Assembly (NCBI GenBank): GCA_051362555.1
Contig: CM120640.1
Location: 10,540,001-10,604,000 of the forward strand
DNA: 64,000 nt
DNA from: Lingula anatina
Lineage: Eukaryota; Animalia; Brachiopoda
Reading direction: 5' to 3'
This document shows, one piece after another, positions 13,301-26,289 of this stretch. A program made the position numbers and the translations under genes. Every line of letters begins with the position of its first letter. The first letter of the stretch is position 1. The notes below the pieces were generated by a model. It did no database searches. It worked only from the letters and a program-made list of their open reading frames with translations, and had not been told where the DNA came from.

Positions 13301-16300
13301 CTAACTAACTACTGCTTTGTGAAACCGGCCCCTGATCACCCTGTGCAAAATAAATAATAAGAACTAATTAAAAAAAATTACAAAAAAAAACACATCAATT
13401 GACGGCGTATTTCTAAGCTTTTTCTGATATGGAACAAAACACTTGTTTATGTAAAACTTCAATGGTTTTGGCCTAGTCATATTGGACTTGCAATTTTGTA
13501 TGTTGCTGTATGTTGTATCTACGTATAATTCATAATAGTTCAACATGATTAACACCATTCGGATGACCAAAAAAATGACTGGCTACTGGTCAGTTGTTTA
13601 TGTTCAAGATTTTAAAAATCAATTCCAACCACCTTAGATCTTCCATTTTCATCCTTGTGGCATTGGTTTAAGTCTTAGTGGAAGTAAATATATTCAAGCT
13701 TGTTCATAAGAGCTGGAGAGACAGCCACAGGCAATATTTGATTCAGTTGCAATATGATGCAATCTCAAATACAGTATCTTTCTCACTAGATATCAATATG
13801 CAGTTTGATCTGAAAGCTGTAATGCTTTTTTTTCCTTTTTTAAAAAGGAAATCATCTACCTAAAAGCTAAAAGCAGGGGTGGAAAGCTTAAAATCTTTTT
13901 CAATACACGTTTACAATACATGTGTAAAAATTCTGAAAAAAATTCCTGTCTGTCACAATGATCTTATCTGTACCTTATTTTCCAAAATAATACAAGCCAG
14001 CACTTTGAGGCAAGTCTCTACCCCCAGTAACTCCAGTGGTAAGTGGAGTGGGAAGTCCACCAGGGAAAAGCGGGTGTGATCAGGCAGTGCAAACACCATA
14101 GGGGCTGACATTTCTGGGGGAAGAATATCAACCTGGAATGATACAAAACACAACAAGGGATTACTCAACTTGTTTTTATGTTGTACCACTATTGCTGACA
14201 TATAAGGAGGTCACCTAGAGTTGAAATAAATATAAATACCCTTGGTGTGATTACTTCATGTAAAATGTCTTGTTAAATCACTTTTAAGCACTCAAATCAT
14301 TAGACTTTCATTTCCTTTTGTTTCACATTATCTCTTAATTTCCTTTTTTAAAAGCCAGTAATTATCTGTAGGATGCCAGGGATATCAACTCATGTGAATA
14401 TGAGGTCAGTTTGATTACATTATTCATGACAATTCTATGAAGAACAGAATGAAAGAGCTTTATCACATAATGAATGTCAATGGCATAGAGCAATTTGTTG
14501 GCTTAAGGTGATCAATAAAATACTTTCCATCACACAGCAGACTTCCTGCAATGGAAATTACCATCTAAAATATGCCATTTTTACAGCACGGCAAGAGCTG
14601 GTTTCTCAGTATTGATTATGTGGGCTAGCTGCCCCATGATACCGTTTTTGTAGTGCAAAAGGCACCTTGGAATGACACATAATACATCAAATTCGTGGTA
14701 TTGTCTAGATCATGTGCATCCCACGCAATGTTGGTATGCCTCATTTGAAAGAAATAAAAAGAGTAAAAGCATGTTTAAACAGACACATGACATTTCAACA
14801 TGCAGTTCTTGTTTATTCATTATGTTTATTTGTTTGTTTATTTATCTCACCTCCACTCTTGTTCTTCCAGGAACTGGCACAGGTGCACTTAGTAGTCTCA
14901 AAATCCAAGTTTCTAGTTCACGAATATCATGCAACAGCATATTGGACAAATCATCTGATGCAGCACCTGTCAGCACACTCCATATGCTATCTCTGGTGAA
15001 AGGAAAAAAATTACATAATAAATAAATATTAGAAAATATTAAGCGCTACTTCTTTAATTTATGCTATTTAGAACTATGTGGTAGCATTTGGTCTGGTTTC
15101 ATGGCAAAAAATTTGGCTTTAAATTATATGCATCTTTAAACAGGGTTAACATTAAATAAACTAATTAGTGAATTGTCATAACCTTGCCCATAAATTTTGT
15201 GCAAATTCACAAAAAAAAAAAAAGCACATTAAATACAGTTACCATAGTAATTCCCCTGCTTCACTTAGGTTGACATTGATAAAAACATTACGTTCAGAAG
15301 TGAATATATGTATTTATAGATATTGTAGAGTAACAGACGGTGCCAAATAAAAGTTCTTATATGAACATATGCTATAAGCAAGTTCAAATGAGCCTTATCA
15401 AACTATTAACTCATTAAAATATACAGAGGTTACAGAACATTCAATGGTGACCACATAGAGCACAGTGTAGTCAACTTTGGGCCACTGGTCACATAGGAAA
15501 ATGGACTGGTAAGCAAATAAAGAGATTATCAACATGAAAGAAAGTCCCTGTGTATCCAGGGAATGTTGGTATGCCACAGTATTCAATCTATCGTAGTTCT
15601 TCATACACAAATGCACACACTACTATTTCAAACATGTTTCCTCTTATTAGTCTTATAACTTGAGAAAGGTTTTTATTTTTTAAAATCTTAACATTTTTGG
15701 TCCCATTGTGGATCTAGTTAAGCATTTTATTTTCTTGTCATTAAATTTTCACAACTGCTTACTTAGATTACTGTTAGTTAATAATTCATAATCATATACA
15801 TATTTAAATTGTTTTAAGCACATTCACTTGGTATATTAACCAATTTAAACTGAAACATATTATTTTCTTTATTACCTATGACCAAAGTATATTGCTTCCA
15901 GCAACTGGCAAATTCTCCATATGAAATACTAACATATGTTGAAAAATGACAGTATTAAAAATTCCAATTGGCCATAAAATATGCACCAAGGAAAACAAGA
16001 TAACCAAGAAGAGTGCAAAACATATTTCTAAGAAATTACAGAAAATCTGGATGTGTGGCTGCAGTTAAGATTGTTTAAATCAAACCATAAATTTGCCAAA
16101 ACCTTAACTTACAAAGTAATTACAAAAGATAGGTTTACATGCTCTGTTCATGATTCTTCACCTGTTACAGGAATTCACAAAAACTAGCACTGGGTTACAG
16201 CTCAGTTAATAACACTGTAATTTTCTGTTGTGAAAGCAAGCTTAGGAAATTCTGAGAAAATCCATATCATCCTCATTGCTATTTTATTTGGTCAACTAGA

Positions 16301-19300
16301 CAAATCACCTTCCCCAGAAAGTGTATTACAAATCTCAAGAAAACATGCAAAGTCCAATAATAACATTGTCTTTGGAAATCCCATTCTGCATTTATCATAC
16401 TGTGAATGTCAATAGTTCTATATTGGATAACCTCAGAGGACTGTTATTTTAGAAATGGCTGCACCATTGGCTTGTCAAACTCCAGACAATGTGGGTGCCT
16501 GAGACACTGAAATGGCTGAACCAGGATTGGATTTCTTCTGAATCAATACCGTCATTTCTCTCTCTAGGCTCAAATGTGGTTTTTCATTGCCTTCAGCTCA
16601 TAAGATAGTATAATCAATAGCACCAGTAATCCACAGTAATACAACAATTAAGCAAGAAAAAAGGCGGGTGAAGAGATTGTTTTAAATGACTGCACGAGGT
16701 TAGTTTATCATAATTACAAAAATATTGGCAAAAAAATCTATTCAATCTTCGCAAATTAAAGCTCAAACTGAATATATATCAAGACTTTATAAAATATAAT
16801 GAGTCTGGAAAAGAAACCTGTACAATCAACCTGTTAAATTGTTGCCATAACAAAAAATGCTGGCAAATACATGCCTTGTGGAATCATGCTAGCTTTTCTT
16901 GTAGTCCATCAAATTTTAAATAAATACTTTATCAAAACAAATTTGTATCTATTAAGTGACAAGTTTAAAATAAAAATGGCTATTGGCATAAATGCAATTT
17001 TTTTTATTCATGGTCCAAAAATTAAGACAACTGTAGCTAAGCTATTCCTATCATCGAGCATTTAAACTGGGAGAGACTGACAACCATCCTACATTTAAAC
17101 CTGTGGCACTTAATCAGAAAGTCAATGAAGCTTTTGTGCAATGATGAGAGTTCTCTCTACATCTATTCACAGGATTACGCACACAACATTCTAACAACAG
17201 CGACAAAACAACTAATCATTCTGTTTGTTATCTGGCAGCTGAGTCAACACGGGTACCTTATTCCTAGCAATATGTCACAGTATATAACATTTCATTTCAG
17301 CATAAGTTTGAGAAGGGACAAAATGTGACCATTGGGGTTTTGATTTTGTGAGATTTGGAAGAGAGTGGGGTCAGAAATAATGGCAGGCTTCCAGTAGTGC
17401 TTGTGGTGCATCTATCCTTAAAAGCTGACAATTTATCTATGGTTATTTTTCTGATGTTTTCTCCTAAGTTTTGCAGAATTTCAGTCTTTAGTACAAAAGT
17501 TCTTATTTACCTTATTTTGTAATGCATTTGTAGTGTATTGTTTTTTAAATACAATATTTCCTGCACACAGTTTCACCAACTGCAACAAGTTTAAGCAATC
17601 TTGTTGAAGCACTAATCTGGCCTATGAAACATGCATTCTGAGTGTTAAATAAAATACCATTAAATATCTGATGAATACCACAAAATACCTGATGAATTAT
17701 ATACAGAAATATGCAGAAAACTGTCTAATTCAATACGTTTTTTTTTCTTCTCTCATTATTATCTTTTTTTACTTGTTCATTTATTTGTCTACTTTATTAT
17801 TTTTTAATATATATTTCTGTCAGCATGTTGAATAAATGAAGATTTTTTTAAATAAGACTGCTTTTATGGCTTTACATAGGTATCATATCTATAAGCATCA
17901 CCTATTGTACATTACTGTTTAGTGAATCAGAAAAGATATACACTGCAAACCTAAGGTGAATGGTACCATATACCAGCATGCAAATTTCAACTGGTTCAAA
18001 GATCAATACAACCCTGAAATACAATATTTTTACCAAACCCTGGTTCTAGGCAAGATATCTTGAAAAAACTGGGTTGTGGTAACTTTTAATGGCAAAGGTA
18101 CACTGTCTCTGGCTGGAAAACTGAATGGAATTTTGAGGGCCAATCTTAACAAAACAAGCTGACATGCTCCGTGAATCTATATTTGCAAAAGTGGTGATAT
18201 GCAATATGTGGGTCAATGAATATGAAAGGCTTACCATACAAGTATTTGCACTGCAACACTGATGTATTTTTTATATGCTTCTGCTTGTAACACAGACAAA
18301 TATCATCACTTAAAACTGTTAGCATGTTTTCTCCGTTCTTATGTTGTGTACATACTTAAATATGTTTAAAGCCTATAAACAATAAATACTGGTTTTGTTG
18401 TGAAAAAAAAACTGAAAGATTTTAATTTCTGTTAGGAAGCTAAAAAGATCACCCAAGAGAAAAATTGGGGTGTTAAGATCTAAGGTTTGCTGCTGCATAA
18501 AAAAAAATTGATTTTGAAAGTGTAAAATGTGAAAGACAATGAGAAAAAAAGGCAGGCACATTATATTTTGAAAAAATGCAAATGACATGGACTGAGGATT
18601 GCTTACTATACACGTAACTGTACAGTATTTAGGTTTAAGCACTATAAAATGGCCTACTTAGATTTAACAAATAGCAAAGTAGATGTTTTGGACAGTTAAA
18701 AGCATCAAATAAACAGAAATACAGAATGTAATAAAGATTTGAGTCCTTAATAGAGAGAATGACTTGCTGTCTTGATACCTTGATATCTCTGAGGTGCTAT
18801 TAGACAAGCTAGAGGTCATGACTTGCAGGTGATTTGATAATATCTTAATTATCTTTGAAACCCCCATTTATCTTATTCACCTGACTATTTCATGCCACTT
18901 ATTATGTTGTCCCACAAAGCCATCTTGAAATGTGAGAGAATAAGTAAAAATGTGTTGCAGGAGTTACGTAGATAAGATACAATACACACACACCCATTTC
19001 ACAAAAGAACTTCAGACCATAAGTGTGCCCCTCTTTTAGACCCAACTTTTAGCTTACTCTGACCCATGTCCACTGTGACCCATGGTTTATATCAAAAAAG
19101 TGATGGCCACTGGTTTTGACAAATGGTCACTGGATTTTTATGAACTACTGCATGTTTATTTCTGAAGTAGACCAAAATTTTGGTCTTCAAGTTACAACCA
19201 ATTTCTGTTTTTAATTTATTTCTGAAACCTGGCCCCAAGAGAGAAATGACAGCACATTTTGACATCACTCACCTTGGACTGCCCTTCACTGAACCTCCCA

Positions 19301-19886
19301 ATCTCTTCATAGAGCACCTCTCATTGCACCCATCAATCAAGCGTCGCAACACTGTTAAACATTCCCGAAACTTGGAGAAAAATGGATGATGGCTGACCAG
19401 ACACAAAGATGTCAATGTGTGGTTTCTCACTTTGTTAGACAATCGACGACGTGCACGAGGTTTTTCTCCCCCAGGAACATTGGCACTTCTATCACTGTTG
19501 GAAGATTCAGACGATTTCACAGATTCTGTTCTTTCTGAACGTTTGCTTAAAGATTCAGATTTACTCCTTCTGATGAAGGGTCTGTAGAAGTTGACACATA
19601 TCCCATACCGTGTTTTGCCACTGTCTTTTTCAGTCAATGTGAAAACAAACGAGGTGGATTCTCTCAGGCTCATGCGTTTGGGCCCCACACTTATACATCC
19701 CTCTGGCTGACAGAAGAAGACAATGTCAGGGGCAAGGGCAAAATCTGGGTGATCTACATCTGGATAACGCCGTAACAGTTCAGGAGTTGATGCCACCGAG
19801 TTGTTACGACTAGGATGGCGTGATCCTACGATAATCAAATAATCCACCAAACGTGGACAAAAATCCTTTTTGCATGCATCACCCAT
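1333..19886 (-). CDS. MADD: MAP kinase-activating death domain protein (DENN-domain Rab3/Rab27 GEF, AEX-3 homolog), 5' part; gene continues beyond left edge
   Basis: Phase-consistent GT-AG exons (minus): 19886-19273, 14992-14851, 14132-13974, 12097-11966, 10065-9952, 9454-9374, 9045-8872, 7547-7389, 7174-6961 (or 6931), 6751-6644, 4029-3815, 3602-3526, 3093-2889, 2637-2520, 1596-1333. Peptides are characteristic of MADD: [94 protein letters not shown]. An in-frame stop lies upstream of the TTG used by the ORF track, so the start is the ATG at 19886. Confidence 0.95.
3161..3372. repeat. Tandem duplication of ~105 bp in a MADD intron
   Basis: Two copies of AAGCTATAA.CCTTAAGAAAA...GTGTATCAATCTTTATTA...AAACTTATAAGAAG. 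Confidence 0.85.
4385..5515 (-). mobile_element. Repeated intronic element copy A, with ~3 internal ~150-bp core repeats
   Basis: Aligns with 5547-6435. The core (GAAAAAACAGCATAACT...GGCCCGAT...TTTTCGAACTTGACCTG) recurs near 4990, 5140 and 5300. The terminal hairpin is truncated. Confidence 0.6.
5547..6435 (-). mobile_element. Repeated intronic element copy B, with a single core repeat and intact hairpin
   Basis: Tandem to copy A. Its right-hand ~510 bp is near-identical to 1-510. Contains a (GGCATC)n microsatellite and a 13-bp stem hairpin. Confidence 0.6.
8083..8340. mobile_element. Foldback / palindromic MITE-like element
   Basis: Imperfect inverted arms of ~120 bp: TTGAGATAATGA..AAAATTAA...CCTTATTGCAAGGTCTTC versus GAAGACCTTGCAATAAGG...TTAATTTTCTCATTATCTCAA. 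Confidence 0.75.
12644..13331 (+). mobile_element. Non-autonomous PIF/Harbinger DNA transposon (internal deletion derivative)
   Basis: Perfect ~31-bp TIRs (GGGCCGGTTTCACAAAGCAGTAGTTAGTTAG), 3-bp CTG target-site duplication and subterminal repeats. The internal peptide [24 protein letters not shown] resembles the N-terminus of Harbinger/HARBI1 transposases. CpG-rich compared with its flanks. Confidence 0.85.
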
Positions 19887-21230
19887 AGTTATTGGGCTTA
19901 CTGTGTTTCCACCGTTGCTGATGCTGGCTTTGGTAACATGGTTTACAATACTGGTTGAATTGGGAGCACTCAAATGTTCTACATCATAAGTCTAGCGGTC
20001 GACTTCCCTTTATCGTCTCATCTTATTATGCCTGAAACCCTGAAAAAATAAATGCAATTCACTAATATTAATATGATGTTTCAAATGAAAAACTATATTA
20101 TATACATGAACAGCTAAATGAACAAGCTTAACTTGAACAGTATTTCAGGAAGTAATTATTCCTCTATGATGTCATCTAATGTGCAACATTATTCATGGAG
20201 ACAGCACGAGACCATTCTGTTTCTTCATTATAAGTAATCCTGTTCCCTTTTTTAGGGGGGTTGAATAATTTCAGCAAATTTCCTGGAAATAATAATTGAA
20301 TTCACTAAAATAATTTCCCTTGCCTAGGGAATTAATCAAACCATGATTATATATTTACATGTTTGAAAATATGGGTCATTTTTTATCAACAATTTTACCA
20401 CCAAAAGTGCTATTTTTCACACAAGTAAATTTCTATCAAATGCTAAAGATAATTTGTCAATAGAAATAAAAATAATTCTAGATTTTAAATTCTAGATGTT
20501 TAAACTCATGGCTTTCATTTGGCCAAATTATGCTAGAGCAAGCTCTAATTTTATACATTTTATGCCTTTTGCAGTTTTTTTATATATTCCTTGTTTGTTA
20601 AAAATGAACATCATCACGTCTTATCTTTAAAGCTGCTTGAACCACAGGACTTCCCTTTGGAAAATCATTTTCATCAGGCATAGCCTGCTTTAATAATGAC
20701 AGTGATTATGTCCCTTAATCAGTTTCAGATGCTGCCATAAATAATAATATTCAGCCACATACCGAGGCAGAATTAATTCTGTCACCAGTACCAACATATT
20801 CCCTGTTATCAGGCTGTACAGAATAAATGTCACAGTCCACATCTGTCATCTATATGGCACATTCATATGGTATTAAACATCAATTTTGGTTTACATTATA
20901 AAGTACAATTACAGTGCATTCTCTTAAGAAGCAAAAGAGTAAAATATTCCTTTATCAGTAATAAAACAAATTTACATGAATTACATATTTTAAGTAGTGA
21001 GTGTTTAGGATTTTGCAGTACTTATTTATTATGTAAGATATCTAAAAACACCAGCGATTGCTTTAAGCATACTTGATTGAGACTGTAATGAACACTTTAT
21101 GTACTGCTGTCCACAATACAATAAGGAATGCTCAACATTATAACATAATAATACCTTACTGTCATGTATTTATCACTGATGTACAGAAAAGAATCTATTG
21201 GGGAAAAATTTTGTAAACAACTAAGTTTAA

Positions 21231-21640
21231 AGGAGACCAACCATCTTAAGCACTAGCATATTATACTATATGTTTTGAAATGAGATGTGGACAGTAGACA
21301 GTATATGATTTATCGCAAACAGATACATTCATGCATGCACCTAATATCTGCTATAGTGGTGTACTCTTTTACAATGATAAAGCTTCCTATGTTAAGTCTA
21401 GGTCCCAACCTAACATACGGGCTGTTACGTGTGGTCTACGGCCAAAAAATGGGGAAAACGTGGGAGTTTGTGCGTGCGGAGCATGTCCATCGTGTAACTT
21501 TTGGAGGATGCAAACAGCACGTGGAAACTTCTCACCAATTACTTGATTCCTTCCCTGTGATCTAGCTACGTCCCAGCCGGACGCAAGGAACCTAAAAACC
21601 GTGCGTCCAAAATGTAGTTGGGACCTAGGCTTTATATGGT
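21231..21640. mobile_element. Probable degenerate non-autonomous DNA transposon
   Basis: Begins TTAA-AGGAGACCA (Kolobok-like start). CpG-rich island in a CpG-poor intron, with an internal inverted repeat CTAGGTCCCAAC (~21398) / GTTGGGACCTAG (~21617). A matching right terminus was not found. Confidence 0.4.
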
Positions 21641-22830
21641 GCTGTATATATAATTTCTTTTCAACAGCAAAAAGAACAATTGTAACCAAGATTAAAATAT
21701 TCTTGTACCATAACCTGTGGATAATTGTGCCTGAATATCTGTCACCAGTTTGACCTCAACATCCAGTTGTTCAAAGGGACAGCAAAAAGTTCTAGGAAAA
21801 TTATAAGTTTACAAGACTTCTTCTTCCACTCCTATTCATTTTTTCTGTACATTTATTCACTTATTTACTAATAAATTCATTTTGCTCGGCATACTGTAAT
21901 TCTCTCTTTATTGAATTAAATTCAATTGCCTTAAGTCAAATAGAGTAATATTATACAGTACGTAGATTGTATATGTAAGGTGGGAAGAGAGAGCATACAG
22001 TGCTATAATGTTATATATTTGTCAATGTATTTGTAACTCTTGTGCATAATTTTGATATGCTTTTGTGAAGATATTTCTCAGTAGTGTGTGGACAACTCTG
22101 ACCTCTTACTCCGTCTGCAGAACATTTTCAAGCTACACTGAATTCTCTTATTGTGACACGCCTCTTAATCGTCTCTTTCCATTTCCTGAATATGGTAGAG
22201 ACAGGAGAATTCCATAGTGATTTTGCACACTGCTTTTGATAAATGGCAGTATATGCTACTGATACCTGCAAATATTTAGGTGATCCCAATTAAAAAATTA
22301 ATGTATTTTAAGTGAAGTTTCCTGTAGTATGATATATATATAGTTATACAGTTATAGTAAAGTACATAAAATCCACTTCATACCCCGGTACTTATTTAGA
22401 GTTAATGCTGTGCTTGTGGGTTTGTCTATTTTTTTCTTCAAATGGTTTGTAAGGAGAAAGAAGTGGAGAGCGTTCTCATAAACCCACCATACTTGCTAGA
22501 TCAATCTAACTCTTTGGAAATTTCGCCCTAAATTGTGTAAGCGGTTTAAATGTCAGGCACGCCTTCTCAAGCTGCTGAAGATTAATTGACGTTAGGGGGT
22601 ATGCCAAACAATTATCTAGTACTCTATTTGACTTAAGGCAATTGAATTTAATTCAATAAAGAGAGAATTACAGTACTCGTCTTTGATCTTCTTTTTAAAC
22701 ATGTCAATAAATGACTTAAATATGTTTTTTCGCTGCGTACTGGGAGTCAGATACACAGAATGTGAATGTACCTTACTATGAGAAATGTCACAACAGTCAA
22801 CTCTGTCAACAAACTGAACGTCAAGCTTAC

Positions 22831-23535
22831 CCTTCACTCAATTTACCAAGCCCTGGGATACACTTGAACAGCCAGGTTTCAACATTAACTAGGAATAAGT
22901 ATGGCAGTCACTGGATGCTGCAGCAGAACCAAGAAGCTTTATCATATTATAATCAATATTATTTGGTGTTGTCTTCGACTCGAAGTTTGTGTCAGCGCAA
23001 GCTGCTCGGCGTAATGCCCGAAGGAATGGATAACGCAAGCAATGTTGCATATAAGTGCTCTTACTTACACATGGGCGCCATGGTAAAATATTTTCGATGA
23101 AGTGAGCTACAAAAAGCCACAGGATCACACCTACCTCTATTCCACAGAAAAACCTTTTACAGTACACCCGAGACACAACCCGACGTCAATAAGTATTGAT
23201 CGTGCTCCCAGTACGCACTTGCTGACGTCACATAAAATAACCCTAGACGGCAGCACTTGCTGTCCAGAGCAAAACGCCAACAAAACTGGGCCAAAATGTT
23301 GTCAACTTATTGCATTTTATGCATCAACGAGAGCATAAATTTAACATGAATCATGTAGACATTTCGAAAGTGATGAAACATTTTTGAGGACCAAAAATAG
23401 GTGAATGCCCAAGTAATCGCAAGTACTACGAGTCTTTTCTTGATGGTGTTTGTTTACTTCCGCCACGTGCGCGTGTAATTCCCCGGTTAAAATTTGTTTA
23501 CAATTTATTTCCAGAAGTAAACATAACTTCCTGTA
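22831..23535. promoter_or_regulatory. Putative MADD 5'-UTR exon and bidirectional promoter shared with the IPK-like gene
   Basis: Minus-strand donor (GG|GTAAGC) at 22830, CpG-enriched block, perfect CRE TGACGTCA at 23223-23230, E-box CACGTG at 23464-23469, ETS-like ACTTCC motifs. Confidence 0.6.
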
Positions 23536-26289
23536 ATGTTAGACTGCATCATCAAACTTGGGGGAAGTGCGATAACACAGAAAGACTGCATTGAAACACT
23601 GAAAGTCAAAGAATTGAAAGAAGCTTCAAAGTTGGTAGCAGTCTGTGCACTTCATAAGTTGAAATGCATCATTGTGCATGGTGCAGGGTATGTGCCTACG
23701 GTCTATACATCTCCCAGCTTTAATTGGCTGCTATAAATACTGCAGTGCCTTTTGTTCTCGTACTTGAACTACAGGTACCATATTAGACCTTTTGACATCT
23801 AATTATTGTACATCTTTTTTGATACAAGGTGTAGGATTTTGCACAAACTTGAATTTATTAAATTGTTAATCTAATATATAGTTATTATTTATGTGTTTTC
23901 TCTCATATGACTTGATGCATTTTAAAGTTTTTTGTCAATTTGTTATTCAGATCATATGGCCATCATCATGCAAAAAAATTTGGTGTCAATGATGGTTTTT
24001 TGAAAAAAGGAAGTTCTGAAAGATGTCGTGAGGGCTTTTGCAAAACACGGATATCAGTGATGAAGGTAAGTGCAGGTGTACATCTTTACATGTATTTACC
24101 ATTTGTTAGACATGCTATCACTCGTTTGATGAAAAATCCCACTGAAATGATTTTAACTCATGAAACAACTAAACAAATTATGCATACAATATGTATGGGG
24201 CACCCCTATATTCCCACGGTCTGCTATTCCAAGGGTTCACTACTAGTATTCCAGAAACTTAAAGAGCCTCAATCTGAAGTCCACCACTATTCCAAAAGTT
24301 CTGTTATTCCAAAGGTGTGAGGGTCTGCTTTTCCAAGATAATCATGCAGCTATTCGGAAAAAGTTTCTTGATGCGATAGCTGCACTTAAACAAATTTTAT
24401 GAATTGTGTAACTGGGGCACTGACCTCCGTGTCCATATTTAATTTGCTATCTTTGTGCTGTCTGCTCTCTATCTACTATACCCTCGGAATAATAGACCTT
24501 GTGAAAAGTGGACCTGAATAGTAAACCCTTGGAATAGCGACCCTCAAAAAAATGGACCTTCAGAATAGTATACCCTCAGAATAAAGAAGCACACCCCATA
24601 TTTACAGTACCTTACTACTTCCATTTTCTAGCTACAGCAACAAGTAGTGGAAAACCTGGTGGAGGAAGGAGTCTTAGCAGTAGCACAGTCTGTAAGTGTT
24701 GATAGGAGGCATGCCAGTAGGAAATTTTGGTCTGTTGAGCTAAAGAATGCACTAGTATACATTAAAAGAACCCCAGACTCAGGCCTTGGGGAGGGGTGGT
24801 GGTGAATGAACTGCCCTTTTTGCCAGGAAAAGATCTGTGCTGGGTAAAATTTGATATTGCCTTTGAAGTACGTACTAGAGATGCATTGTCAATTTAGTGT
24901 TAGGGGAAGTAAAATTGATCAGATTATTTTCAGCCCTGTAACACCTGGCGATTGTCTGGAGGCCAGGTTGTGAGTGACAATGTGGAAAGCCTTTTGGCAC
25001 TTGTGGAAGCAGGATTTGTGCCAGTTATTCATGGAGATTGTGTGCTTGATGATTCTAAAGGTTGCTGCATACTCAGTGGAGACACAGTAATTAAAGTAAG
25101 GGTCTTGTTATGGTAAGAAAACTGATGTCACCAAATGGCTATTGGGTTATTTAACAGTGTATATAGCATGGATAGTTTTTTCCAGTCTCTAGAAAAGATG
25201 ATAAATGGACAGAGAGTAATAATGAGAGTCATACATGTACACTACATTCGAATGTTGTATACAGGTTTTTTTCATCATTTAGTCCCCAAATAAAGAATAA
25301 CTTGTTTAATCCATGTATTTAGTCAATAAGTGTGTAAACAATTACATGAAGTTTGGCAATCATTAAGACAATTAGGGATTAAAGTGAATTTTACTTTGAA
25401 ATTATAATTGCAGTGACAAAATGTATTAAGTCATTTTTTGCAGATTTTCCAATCACAAACTTGTTGCATATACAGTGTTGTGTTGTGATGAGGAAATGTG
25501 AGTTTTGCTTCAGTTAGTAATTACATGATAACTCATTTTATGATCACTGAATACTCTTTCAGCACATTTGCGAGAAAACATCTGTGGGAAGAGTCCTGTT
25601 TCTTACTGATGTGGATGGTATATATAACAGACCTCCTGAAGTTGAAGGTAAACACATTATTGCACACCAGTCACACCAAACAAAACTGACAGCCAAGCCA
25701 TTGTCTGCTGAGTGCAGGTTACACAGTGGTGGAATGTCTCTTGGAACACTATAAGACATGCAATCTTTTCATTTATTTGAGAAATGCATGAACGTATGCT
25801 ATAGATATGTAATTTTGAAGTTTTTTTTTTTTTCTCAGCTTTACTAATGAAAAAAATGTTCTGGTACTGCTGTACACTACACTCTATAGTTTAGAGCTAG
25901 AAACATTTTACAGTATATGGTAACTTAAACCTTGATGATTGAACAAAAACAAATTAATCAAAGTCCTTTTTATACACAGAAAATGAAATATAGTGCTTAA
26001 ATTTTACAGACCTTTTTATTTATTTTTAGGAGCTAGTCTGCTGCCTGTTATAAATATTAAATCCTCAGGAGACACAGACATACCCTTTTTGTCATCCAAA
26101 TCTGAATTTGATGTGACCGGAGGGATAGCACTGAAACTGAACACTGCATTTAAGATAGTTTGGGTCACTGGAGGTAAAACACCAGTGTTTATATGCAAGG
26201 TTGGCTCTTCAGCAGCTACAAGTGTCGTCTTGCAAGGGGACTTCATGGGGGAGAAAGGAACACGGATTCAAATAGAAAACCTACAATAG
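23536..26289 (+). CDS. Isopentenyl phosphate kinase-like protein (amino-acid-kinase superfamily), ~277 aa
   Basis: Exons 23536-23687, 23951-24065, 24632-24691, 24934-25095, 25563-25647 and 26030-26289 join in frame. Motifs: IIKLGGSAITQK, IVHGAGSYGH (IPK signature His), FVPVIHGD, ILSGD, FLTDVDGIY, DVTGGIALK, terminal GT.I. Confidence 0.88.
24197..24597. mobile_element. Degenerate MITE-like element in IPK intron 2
   Basis: Left half has repeated CTATTCC(A)AAGG motifs, right half has inverted CCTTGGAATAG motifs, and the termini are GGGG...CCCC. Confidence 0.5.

Noticed and set aside
19887-19973. N-terminal extension of MADD shown in the ORF track
   Set aside because: It starts at TTG with an in-frame stop shortly upstream, and homology begins at the ATG at 19886.
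23536-26289. Recent horizontal transfer of IPK from archaea or bacteria
   Set aside because: Five canonical introns, host-like composition and known sporadic IPKs in other animals favour ancient retention.
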